Source: Candidatus Delongbacteria bacterium (GTDB lineage Bacteria > CAIWAD01). Taken from it: 64,000 bases of DNA. Position numbers and translations under genes: made by a program. This document shows positions 16,849-26,025 of the stretch, one piece after another. The stretch spans positions 1,664,001 to 1,728,000 of the forward strand of contig OY760505.1 in assembly GCA_963663545.1 (NCBI GenBank), given 5' to 3'. The notes below the pieces were generated by a model. The model saw only the letters and a list, made by a program, of their open reading frames with translations, did not search any database and was not told the origin of the DNA. Each line of letters starts with the position of its first letter. The stretch's first letter is position 1.

Positions 16849-17637
16849 ATGCTTGAGCCAGTACTCAGCTTTGCAGATGAATACGCCAAGTGGTTATCTG
16901 CACGTGTGACGCAAGCTAAGCACGGCGACTTGGTCGAGGTCTCCACACCCATTCTGGACCCCTTCAACGATGGGATTCGCGTGTATGTCGAAGCCTCTCC
17001 AACTGGCTATGTACTTCATGACAATCATCTGACTCTGGAGACATTGGGTGATTGCGGGATTCAGATCAACAGCAATAGCAGGCGTGCCAAGATTGATGGT
17101 ATCCTGAATTCTGCTGGGTTATTCCTGGTTGATGGTCGAGTCCAAACCAAAGCAACTCAAGCTAACCTGATGCAAAGGATGCACTTCCTGCTAATGGGAA
17201 TTCACCGTACGTTTGATCTTCTATTGACACTTCGCCAAGAACCCTCGACGGATTTCCTTGAGCAAGTCTGTAGCCTACTTGATCAGAATGACGTCGGATA
17301 CTCAAAGCAGCACATGATACACGGAGCCACGGTTGAACATCAGATCGATCTTACGATTCCCCTTGGGCGAGGACGAGACCGCTTGATCAAACTCATCGGG
17401 ACACCCAGCAAGAATGCAGCTTCGGTGGTGGCATTCATGTGGGTGGATTTGGAGCGTGCGCAATTAGACGCTGAGCGCGTCGTACTACTAAACGACGAGG
17501 CACAGAACGACGAGGGCAACGCTCGGCGCATTAGTACAGAGACAGAGTCTATCCTGATGGGGTATTCGACGGGTATCTATAGATGGAGTGATCGAAAGGC
17601 TACGGAATTCGAACGTCTATGGCGCCGGGTCTCATAG
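16849..17637 (+). CDS. DUF1828/DUF1829-like protein
   Basis: STPILDPFNDGIRVY..LHDN N-terminal domain; C-terminal G.TVEHQIDL PD-(D/E)XK-like domain. Confidence 0.7.
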   Translation: MLEPVLSFADEYAKWLSARVTQAKHGDLVEVSTPILDPFNDGIRVYVEASPTGYVLHDNHLTLETLGDCGIQINSNSRRAKIDGILNSAGLFLVDGRVQTKATQANLMQRMHFLLMGIHRTFDLLLTLRQEPSTDFLEQVCSLLDQNDVGYSKQHMIHGATVEHQIDLTIPLGRGRDRLIKLIGTPSKNAASVVAFMWVDLERAQLDAERVVLLNDEAQNDEGNARRISTETESILMGYSTGIYRWSDRKATEFERLWRRVS

Positions 17638-17644
17638 TCCCAAC

Positions 17645-20140
17645 TTACCTCACCAGCAGCACCTTTCGGGCCTCAGAGCAGCGGGGGCCGGATAGCCTGA
17701 CGATGTAGAGTCCGCTGGCCAGATGGCTGGCGTCGAAGCGGGCGATGTGTTCGCCGGCGGGGAAGTCTGTGTCGGCCAGGGTCTGGACGAGCTGGCCGCG
17801 GAGGTTGTAGGCCTGCAGGGTGAAGTGGCCTGGCTGGGGTATGGTGAAGGGAATGGTGGTTATTGGGTTGAAGGGGTTGGGGTAGGCGTCGCCCAGAGTG
17901 GGGGAAGAGGGAAGTGTGCGCACAGCGGGTTCTAGGGGCAGGTAGTCCAGATCGCGAACATTAGGGCCACCTGTGTAGCCAATATCATTGCGTACAGTAC
18001 CGTGTGAGGGCCAAAGGGCCATTCCAGGAGATTCCGGATCTTCCAGGTCGTTGAAAGCCGCGGCGGGGTTGCCTGCATCCACACCAACCGAGTTGGCCGA
18101 TAAGTAGGGAACCCCATACTCAGCGTCCCAGGTAGGGTCATCGCCGATCAGGTTGTTTGAGCCGTTTACTGCCTCTTGCATCATGCAGTAGGAGAACTGT
18201 ATGCGATCCCGGTTCTGACCAGGTATGATCGGGGCCACAAAGCAATCGTACGTATTTCCGGAGATCAGGCAATTCGAAAAAAGTGTCTCTGTGTTACCGT
18301 CCCACGGAGTGTTGAAAATGAAGGGAAGGTCATTGTCAATCACACTAAGGTTCGAAAGCTTGCAGTACTCGTGAATATATAGTGTCAAGGCTTGCTGTTC
18401 ACTTGGCATGTAGCCAGTGAACTGACAGCTTTGAGGCCATTCCAGCGCAGTTACCTGCGTTCCCTGAATAAGGACGTTGTCGACAATGAGGCTATCAGTG
18501 AGACAGAAGAAGCCGCGACGATTGTTGTCAACAATCTCAACATTCTGCATATCAAAGAAACCCCGCATGAATACGCGAACCCCGCCATTATCATTTCCAC
18601 TTATAAGGCAGTTTCTCATGGAGAAATGGGTCCAATAGTCACTGCCATTTTCAGAGCGAAAGGAAACCGATGAGCCAACAGACTCCTCTGCAAGCATGTA
18701 ATCCCGAGGAGTTTCAGGTACAACGTTTTCCAAGCGATTGTTTAGAAAACGACACTCCTCAACCGAGATGTGTCCGTACTCTGTGTAATTGTAGCCCACA
18801 TACAAGACACTCCCTTGATTCTCAGCTCGACCAACTCCTTCCAGAGAGTAGTCATCCGGATCAATGACTTCATTGCCGATGAAATCGCAGTTTCTGATAT
18901 GTGAAGCTCCAGGAGTACCAAAGGCTACCAGTATAATGCCACCAATGTAATAAGGGCCATACTCACCTTCCGCATAGCCGGAAGCAATCGAGGTATTGTT
19001 CAGGAAACGGGTGTTTTCAACAGAAAGACCATTGAAATTCGCTATTGGCCCTCCGCCAAGACACATGCAATCCGACAGATTACCGGCTGTGTTGTTCATG
19101 ATCAGGGAGTTCGTAAGTAGTCCAAAGGCGTCAGCATAGAAGCGCCCAACGGCATGTTGTGAAAACGAGTAATTGTCTGTGGCTATCAAGCTGTCAATCA
19201 ACAAGGTGTCAGCAGAAAACCGCAGTATTCCACCCCCAGAGACTTCACCTTCTGCATAATCAATCGTGTTGCTGCAATGTGTCGCCGTCAGGTTTCGTAA
19301 ACGCAGGACTCCATCCCAAGTCGAAACCCAAAACAAATAGTCGCCAGTCAGAATATGATCATCGATCCCACAGGAGTCAATTGCAACGTGGGACATTTCT
19401 TGGTATCGCAGTGCACTGAACAAGGTGGGTTGAGTTGATAACACACTGAATATGCGAAGGTTGGTGACAATAATTGTATCGGACGTTACCGTAAAAGCCC
19501 CTTCATGTAACTCCCTCGCGTTCCCTCTGTACTCCACATTCTCAAAAACAGCCCTTTTTGCATACTCAAAGCTGACTTGGGTTGTGGAGTAGCTGCAATC
19601 CCCTTCTTGAACATACCCACACAGTAGTGTATTGCGAATCTCTACGTTCACGGGAGAATCCATCCAGTAGCATCCAAGCATCGCACCATCACCACCCGTA
19701 CTTCTGTTCTCTTTCAAGATTACATGATCCAGGGAAACACTGGCAGAATCACACAAACCAATTCCCCCACCCAAGACACGCCCCTCCGAGTTTCTCCACC
19801 TAAGTCCTCTTTGGATGGTTATTCCCCGCAGATGTAGGTAGTTGTCAGGAGAAGTGTTGACTTCAAGAACTCCACGCAGCCATCTTCCGTCGATTATTGT
19901 GTTCTGTATATCAAGGGTGTCGGCGGAGCGAATCCAATGTGAAGCCAGTACTAAGTTGCTCGTTGTCACGACGACATTCTCGTAGTAGGTGCCTCGATCG
20001 AGCAGGATTGTGTCTGCTACTTGAGCGGCGTCCACTGCTTGTTGGATAGTGAAGTATTCTGTAGGCACATGAAGCACATCTGCGCGAGTCAATGTTGCGC
20101 TCAGGACGAGGAGTAAAAGTGGAAGAAGGATTCTATTCAT
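17645..20140 (-). CDS. Secreted parallel beta-helix protein with T9SS-CTD/FlgD-like C-terminal domain
   Basis: Signal peptide; VPTEYFTIQQAVD start; AYPNPFNP...YNLRGQ..LASGLY..KVLLVR end. Confidence 0.85.
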   Translation of the reverse strand: MNRILLPLLLLVLSATLTRADVLHVPTEYFTIQQAVDAAQVADTILLDRGTYYENVVVTTSNLVLASHWIRSADTLDIQNTIIDGRWLRGVLEVNTSPDNYLHLRGITIQRGLRWRNSEGRVLGGGIGLCDSASVSLDHVILKENRSTGGDGAMLGCYWMDSPVNVEIRNTLLCGYVQEGDCSYSTTQVSFEYAKRAVFENVEYRGNARELHEGAFTVTSDTIIVTNLRIFSVLSTQPTLFSALRYQEMSHVAIDSCGIDDHILTGDYLFWVSTWDGVLRLRNLTATHCSNTIDYAEGEVSGGGILRFSADTLLIDSLIATDNYSFSQHAVGRFYADAFGLLTNSLIMNNTAGNLSDCMCLGGGPIANFNGLSVENTRFLNNTSIASGYAEGEYGPYYIGGIILVAFGTPGASHIRNCDFIGNEVIDPDDYSLEGVGRAENQGSVLYVGYNYTEYGHISVEECRFLNNRLENVVPETPRDYMLAEESVGSSVSFRSENGSDYWTHFSMRNCLISGNDNGGVRVFMRGFFDMQNVEIVDNNRRGFFCLTDSLIVDNVLIQGTQVTALEWPQSCQFTGYMPSEQQALTLYIHEYCKLSNLSVIDNDLPFIFNTPWDGNTETLFSNCLISGNTYDCFVAPIIPGQNRDRIQFSYCMMQEAVNGSNNLIGDDPTWDAEYGVPYLSANSVGVDAGNPAAAFNDLEDPESPGMALWPSHGTVRNDIGYTGGPNVRDLDYLPLEPAVRTLPSSPTLGDAYPNPFNPITTIPFTIPQPGHFTLQAYNLRGQLVQTLADTDFPAGEHIARFDASHLASGLYIVRLSGPRCSEARKVLLVR

Positions 20141-20186
20141 AGAAAGGACAGGGACCCCAAGGGGGCCCCTGTCTCCCTTATTGTCG

Positions 20187-23100
20187 CTACTTGATTAACA
20201 GAGCCTTGGTTGTGTGAACGGTACCCCCAGAGCTGGCGCGTATCATGTACACACCCGAGGCAAAACGCGCACCATCGAATTGGAAAGCATGAGTTCCTGC
20301 CTCAATCTCCCCGTTGTACAAGGAAGCAACTTCCTGCCCCAGCATATTGAACACACTAACGGCAAGTTGACACGAGACATTTACCCGCATCTCAATGGTT
20401 GTGACTGGATTGAATGGGTTCGGATATACGGAAGCAAGCTCAAACAAAGCTGGGGTTTCCAGATCTGAGCCTCGATCCCTTTGAATCGTGTTGCTTGCAA
20501 CCGCAAACAAATCATCCACGAGGTGATCAACCCTACCCGGCGCAGTGTAGCTTGCCGAGCTCAAACCACCCTCAACGGGAAACAGTGCGATCTGTGCAAG
20601 AGCAAGTGCTGCGCAGTCCACATCAGAAGGATCACTACTCACAAGCATCTCATCAAGTTCATCTACCGCCTCTGTGCGATCTCCATACCTGGCTTCAACT
20701 GTTAAAGCTGAAGCAGTGGCCATAGAGGAAAGCCAATCGGCACCCTCTGCATCTGCAGAAGCTGCACCAGCTAGGAGAGCAGTTTCTGTTGCATCGGAGA
20801 CATCAGGATCCTTCGTTCCGTAGCCTGTAAGGTACAGCAATGCTGAAGGTGCATACTTGGACTTCGGGTAAAGGCGAATCAACTCGCTGAAGAAGAAGAT
20901 TGCACGATCCTTGTCACCTAATTCGTCAGCAATTACACCTTCAGTATAGAGCTCGAAAGGCTCATCATCCTGCGGGCAGAACTCGTAACTGACGTAAGGG
21001 TATTGCGTGAAGCAGCCGCTTGCATCAATGTCTTGGTTGTAGGGGTCGCCGTCGTACCAGCCATCGATGAAATCGTTTACGTCACTGCATGGAATGTTGT
21101 CCAACTCGCTTCTTCCCCAATAGTTTTTGTTCCACGTCGAAGTCGGGTGTGACCAGTTTCCATTGAAATAGAAGAAAGGATAGCTCATCGACACTCGGGG
21201 CGATATTGTACGATTGTATCCGCACTCCATATCAACATTCAATTTACCCGTCCAGAAAAGCTGCCCATACCAGTCTGAACTAGCCGTGAAATCATTGTAT
21301 GCATAGTGGTCCATGTTGCAAGTGCCATACATCCCACTGATCATGTGCGCGGTAATGTTGGTGAAGTCATTGTCCTCAAGCGTAATATCCGACTGGTTTG
21401 TACTGACTACGTCCTCTTGATACTGGTCGAAAGTATTGTTGGTAAAAGTAACGTCCGCTGAAGAGACCACACTAACTGGTGTAGATGTCTCACCTGCACC
21501 TTTGAAGGTGCAATTCTCCACATCGGCCAGCGAGTTCGCAATCGACAGGGTTTTGAAATCAGAAAAATAACTACCGCTGTTTGCGCCAATCGAGAACCCG
21601 TCAATCAGAAGCTTGTAGCAGTCTATTGCATACACAGGACAAGCCTCTGAACCCTTCACCCAAACAGTGTTGTCTTTGATCAGCGTAGGATACTGAAGAC
21701 CATACAAGTTTATTCGATCAGACGGCTGATTCACGATATGGAGACACTTGAAATCCACAGTAGTGGTGTTCATTAAATCGCCAATTGTCAGGGTCGCGTA
21801 CTGGTTCGAAGCTGGAGTAGAAATCAGAACGCGCGGACAGTCTTCGCCGCCCATGTCTATGCTGCCGCCCGGGCTGCTCCGCAGTTTGAAGTTGCAGCCG
21901 TTTGATGCTTTCAGTGTTACACCAGGGCTCAACACCAGGTCCGGCCTTACGAGAGTCTCATCCTGAGTGATCTCATACACGCCTGCAGGAATCGTGCTAC
22001 TTGAGGGCGCGCTGGACAAGGGCTGCACATCGTAGACCGGCATGTAGCCAATGTCGCGCGGTGTGCCATCGTTGTCCGAATACGCTACACCAGAGTAAAG
22101 CACTAGGCAGCCAGCATCATAATCCTCTGAATCATAGCGCAACTGACCCCAGTATGGACTACTACTTGAACATAGGCCCGACTCCTCAACAGGATCAGTC
22201 TGATAGTACTTAATGTCAGAAACCGAACTGGCACCTGTTGGTGCAGCCTGTAAATGGCAATGAGTGACAGTCGCTTCTCCGTTCTGCATAGAGAAGACGG
22301 CGGATCCATAACCCGCCGGGCCACTGGGATTGTGGATGATACTATTGTGCAACTTGACATCATGTCCGGTACCCTGAATTATCACATATGGATTTTGACT
22401 ACTACCATCCGCGACAGTTAATCCGTCCAGGACCAGTCCCTGTTGCCCCGCTTGGTCATTGTAGGTGAAGATCTCTCCTAGAATAGCACAACTGCTAATG
22501 CCCCTAAACAAGCACTCCCTCACGAAATTCGATGTATTTCCAGGCATATAAAATTGAATACCAAGCAAAGCGGAATCAAACACGCATTCATCAACTTGCA
22601 TAATACCATTAACATCATGATTATTCGGATCACCATACATCAAAGCGCATATGGCGGTGTTATTAGTGAAAGAGCAATTCTTCACTCCGACAGAAGATCG
22701 CAGCGACTGCATTCCGCCACTAATATACGACGTGTTATCCCTAAAAGTACACCTCAAAAAGCCATTAAGTGAACCATTTCTACACCAATGTGCCAAAACA
22801 CCACCTGCGCTTCTAAAGTTGCTCACAGTCGAATTGCATATGTTTCCGTCAAATACACAATCATAAACACCGGTGTTTCTAATGTCATAGAGATGTAGTG
22901 CGCCTGCTGATGCGTCACCATCAGCTTGACACTGATTAAATTGCAAACCCATTAGATTGACTGTATCGCAATGACGAAAAACAAATCCTCCAGCACTATA
23001 GTTGTCAGAGGCACCAGATGTTCCAGAAATAACATCATCTAAACTCGAATTTTGTATTGTAACAGACATCACGTGATCGGAAGCGTATGAATCATAAAAA

Positions 23101-24161
23101 TAACCGGCACCAGCCCCTGAGATAGCAGCTCCTCTTAGCGAAGTGTTCGTAATACTAACATCAAGCATATTGTTTAGTGTGTTTTTCACATACAAGGGGC
23201 CGGCTCTTCTTCCAATAGCCGATAAATTCGAGTTAGAGATCATAAGACCGTTGCTAATTGGCTCCTGATAAGTACGTAAGCCAACTGGAGAGTCAACGAA
23301 ATTTATAAATCCAGAGGATTCACTATTAAGCTGAGTGATATCGCACCATATGTATTGCCAATCACAATCTTCAATATGAAGCATCGATCTTGATGCTTGA
23401 ATCGGGACCTGTATTAGATCATCATTAACAAACATGCCGCTGCCATGAATACGTACTTTTGAGTCTGCAATGTTAAAAATGCTCTCTCCGGCATCTGTGT
23501 CACAGCCGAAGTAGCCGTACAAATCCACTGACACGCAATTGAATTGGCAGTCCACGAAATCGACTGATGGAATATAAAATGGATCAACGGCACCCAGATA
23601 ATCGCGATCTGGATATACTGAGGCTACGACCTCAGTATTGTGTCCGCTAATATCCACCAGGCAGAAGCCTCCTCCGCTAGGGTTAGGGCTACTGCAATCC
23701 CAGCATTTGCATCTTTCTATCGTGACATTTGTGAATCTCACATATCCGCGGTCAACACTTAGTTTAGGGCCCCAAAACATGTCCATCTGAGGCAACGTCT
23801 CCCCAAGATGAACGTCGTTGATATGTAGGGGATAAACAATATCGGTGCTTTCAGGCCATGTTCCATGGATTTCAAGAGCCGATCCCAGTGAATAGAATTG
23901 CCCCGAATCACTCACAATGCAGAATGGTGAACTCAGTACTGGCACATAGAGAATAGTAGGGTAGTCACTACTTGGTACATCGCACAGAAGGACCAATCCA
24001 TCATTTCCATTGTTCAGTGCGCTGTAAAATGCGTCTGAAAATGATCCCCCACTGTAGTAAGCGGGATTGACTTGTGCCAAAACACAGTGCGTTAACGCAA
24101 TAGCTGCTAATCCACAGGCGCGTTTCAGCGCTGTTTCAACGGATGTTGCGTAATCAAACAT
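20187..24161 (-). CDS. Large secreted beta-helix protein with TPR-like segment and T9SS-CTD/FlgD-like domain
   Basis: GGAGG RBS before ATG 24161; C.F..N repeats; LIRLYPKSKYAPSA; VYPNPFNP...ASGVY..KALLIK. Confidence 0.85.
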   Translation of the reverse strand: MFDYATSVETALKRACGLAAIALTHCVLAQVNPAYYSGGSFSDAFYSALNNGNDGLVLLCDVPSSDYPTILYVPVLSSPFCIVSDSGQFYSLGSALEIHGTWPESTDIVYPLHINDVHLGETLPQMDMFWGPKLSVDRGYVRFTNVTIERCKCWDCSSPNPSGGGFCLVDISGHNTEVVASVYPDRDYLGAVDPFYIPSVDFVDCQFNCVSVDLYGYFGCDTDAGESIFNIADSKVRIHGSGMFVNDDLIQVPIQASRSMLHIEDCDWQYIWCDITQLNSESSGFINFVDSPVGLRTYQEPISNGLMISNSNLSAIGRRAGPLYVKNTLNNMLDVSITNTSLRGAAISGAGAGYFYDSYASDHVMSVTIQNSSLDDVISGTSGASDNYSAGGFVFRHCDTVNLMGLQFNQCQADGDASAGALHLYDIRNTGVYDCVFDGNICNSTVSNFRSAGGVLAHWCRNGSLNGFLRCTFRDNTSYISGGMQSLRSSVGVKNCSFTNNTAICALMYGDPNNHDVNGIMQVDECVFDSALLGIQFYMPGNTSNFVRECLFRGISSCAILGEIFTYNDQAGQQGLVLDGLTVADGSSQNPYVIIQGTGHDVKLHNSIIHNPSGPAGYGSAVFSMQNGEATVTHCHLQAAPTGASSVSDIKYYQTDPVEESGLCSSSSPYWGQLRYDSEDYDAGCLVLYSGVAYSDNDGTPRDIGYMPVYDVQPLSSAPSSSTIPAGVYEITQDETLVRPDLVLSPGVTLKASNGCNFKLRSSPGGSIDMGGEDCPRVLISTPASNQYATLTIGDLMNTTTVDFKCLHIVNQPSDRINLYGLQYPTLIKDNTVWVKGSEACPVYAIDCYKLLIDGFSIGANSGSYFSDFKTLSIANSLADVENCTFKGAGETSTPVSVVSSADVTFTNNTFDQYQEDVVSTNQSDITLEDNDFTNITAHMISGMYGTCNMDHYAYNDFTASSDWYGQLFWTGKLNVDMECGYNRTISPRVSMSYPFFYFNGNWSHPTSTWNKNYWGRSELDNIPCSDVNDFIDGWYDGDPYNQDIDASGCFTQYPYVSYEFCPQDDEPFELYTEGVIADELGDKDRAIFFFSELIRLYPKSKYAPSALLYLTGYGTKDPDVSDATETALLAGAASADAEGADWLSSMATASALTVEARYGDRTEAVDELDEMLVSSDPSDVDCAALALAQIALFPVEGGLSSASYTAPGRVDHLVDDLFAVASNTIQRDRGSDLETPALFELASVYPNPFNPVTTIEMRVNVSCQLAVSVFNMLGQEVASLYNGEIEAGTHAFQFDGARFASGVYMIRASSGGTVHTTKALLIK

Positions 24162-24553
24162 CTTTGTCCCTCCTATGTGAGAACTGGTTTTACTAGGCGA
24201 ACCAGCAACACCTATCTGCAAGGCCTTAATGGCCTCACACATTATTCGTTAATCATTATTGCCAGAGTAATACTTTCAGCTTGAAACTGTGCCACATGCA
24301 AACCTGATCGAAAGTACAGTCTCTAAACGCTAACCTCTATAAGGCGCCACAAAAGCGAGATCTAATACACAGACAAATCTATGCATCTTCACTGAGTATA
24401 TTGACTGAGTGATAAACATAAAACTGTACTACAAGTATGCCATTGTTTTTAGCCATTGTCAACAACAGGGCAGTGACTGTTTTCTGTTGAATTCTGCGTT
24501 GACCCGCCCGTCCCAATGTCCCACCCTCTCGGTACACTGGTGTCGGAGGTACG

Positions 24554-25774
24554 ATGGGCAAGCGTGGGCGAAAGCCGAGTAGCAGATACACGATTACGAA
24601 ACGCGTCAGCAAAGGCGTCGTGACCCACTGGCGGGTACTCGTTCCCACCTTCGACAGATCCAAGCGGCCTGTTCCCGGTCAAAGAACCCGGCACCACTTC
24701 GACATCTCAATCCCAAGACGCGAAATCGAGCAGATTGCGCAGGCGCTATACTTGGATGCAATCCAGGGAATCACAAACACAGAATACAGCCCTCGAATGC
24801 TAATCAGCGCATGCCTTCAGTACTACAGAGAAGTATCGTGCGGCTCTTCTCCCAAAGCCCCTGCGACTATCCGACTGGACTGGTTTGCCATTCGCGATCT
24901 GGTCATGTTTCTGGCAGACAGACTGAACAACAGGCATGAGACTCCATCCTCGATCGAGCAGCTTCTCGGGAGCCATAACCGGCTGGAGCAGGAAGCAAAC
25001 CTCGAGGCCCTGCAGTCTGCCGCAGATCTGCCACTTGAAGAAGTGGGCAATGAACTCATCCAGCAATACAGAGCATATCTGGCGCGGCGATTCAGCGCAT
25101 CCGGCGCGAACATGCGCCTGCGCCACCTGAAGAGCATGTTCTCTTGGATGGTGGAAACTGACTCATTCGGTCTGGAGCGCAATCCCATTCGAGGAAAGGA
25201 TCTGTTTCAGGCGAAACGAAAGACCGTAGGCGCACGGGTAGATCCGAATCGGAAGCGACACTATACAACCGCTGAGATCCGCACCATCGTCAACTCTCTC
25301 CAAGGAAACCAGGATTGCCTTTGCATGGTGAAACTGCTGTTTCTCACTGGTGCCAGGTTCGGGGAAATCTATCGACTTCAGCATTCAGATTACAATCCAT
25401 CGGACGGCCTGCTCCACATCCCGCAGGGCAAAACCACTGATCACACCATCGTCCTCTTCCCCGCACTCACATGCGCTATTGAAGACTGGATCGAAAGCGG
25501 CAGCAAATGGCGATTCGGAGATACGTACTACAGCAAGGCCTTCAGGCGAACCGCTGACCAACTCGGCATCCAGATAGCACAGCCACTTCATGGATTCAGG
25601 CACAGTCTGGTCAGTGCTTTGACTCTGGCCGGGATAAGCCGAGATGATATCGGAAAGTGGATTGGACACAGCCAGGCTGGCGGACTGGGAGCTGGCGTTA
25701 CCTCAATCTACGATCACACCCAACTGGAAGCACTGAGGCGCGTCGCGGCAGCAATTCCTGTCCCTTGGGAATGA
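24554..25774 (+). CDS. int: Tyrosine integrase
   Basis: LTGARFGE, HGFRHS, GHS, IYDH catalytic residues; adjacent to the tRNA fragment. Confidence 0.93.
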   Translation: MGKRGRKPSSRYTITKRVSKGVVTHWRVLVPTFDRSKRPVPGQRTRHHFDISIPRREIEQIAQALYLDAIQGITNTEYSPRMLISACLQYYREVSCGSSPKAPATIRLDWFAIRDLVMFLADRLNNRHETPSSIEQLLGSHNRLEQEANLEALQSAADLPLEEVGNELIQQYRAYLARRFSASGANMRLRHLKSMFSWMVETDSFGLERNPIRGKDLFQAKRKTVGARVDPNRKRHYTTAEIRTIVNSLQGNQDCLCMVKLLFLTGARFGEIYRLQHSDYNPSDGLLHIPQGKTTDHTIVLFPALTCAIEDWIESGSKWRFGDTYYSKAFRRTADQLGIQIAQPLHGFRHSLVSALTLAGISRDDIGKWIGHSQAGGLGAGVTSIYDHTQLEALRRVAAAIPVPWE

Positions 25775-25833
25775 TATTCGTGTCCAATATCGAAGTACAT
25801 TCGGCCTATGTGTCTGTTTATTTTCAACATGTT

Positions 25834-25880
25834 AGTGACTCATAGTCACTTTGTCGGGGGTTCAAGTCCCTCTGGGCCTA
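25834..25880 (+). other. att site: 3' half of a tRNA with CAT anticodon (Met or Ile2)
   Basis: AGTGA-CTCATAG-TCACT anticodon arm, GGGGG-TTCAAGT-CCCTC T-arm, TGGGCCTA acceptor strand; no D-arm or 5' acceptor strand upstream. Confidence 0.85.
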
Positions 25881-26025
25881 TTTGTTTTCTTTACACTTAC
25901 AGCTATCCCACTTCGCCCTCTTTGGTTCAAAAAAGCCCAAAATTGAGCCTTTTTGACGACTTAATCGTCCGATATGCGTCCAACATGCGAAATGACCGAC
26001 CAATAGCCAGGCGCTCCCAGCCCCA

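Larger units (their letters stand above)
1..25880. mobile_element. Temperate prophage, right-hand portion; continues beyond the left window edge
   Basis: Terminase, replication and recombination genes, XRE repressor, tyrosine integrase and a tRNA 3' fragment in lambdoid-like order; dense overlapping gene junctions. Confidence 0.9.

Noticed and set aside
25834..25880. Intact tRNA-Met/Ile2 gene
   Set aside because: No 5' acceptor strand or D-arm upstream and no CCA; treated as an att remnant
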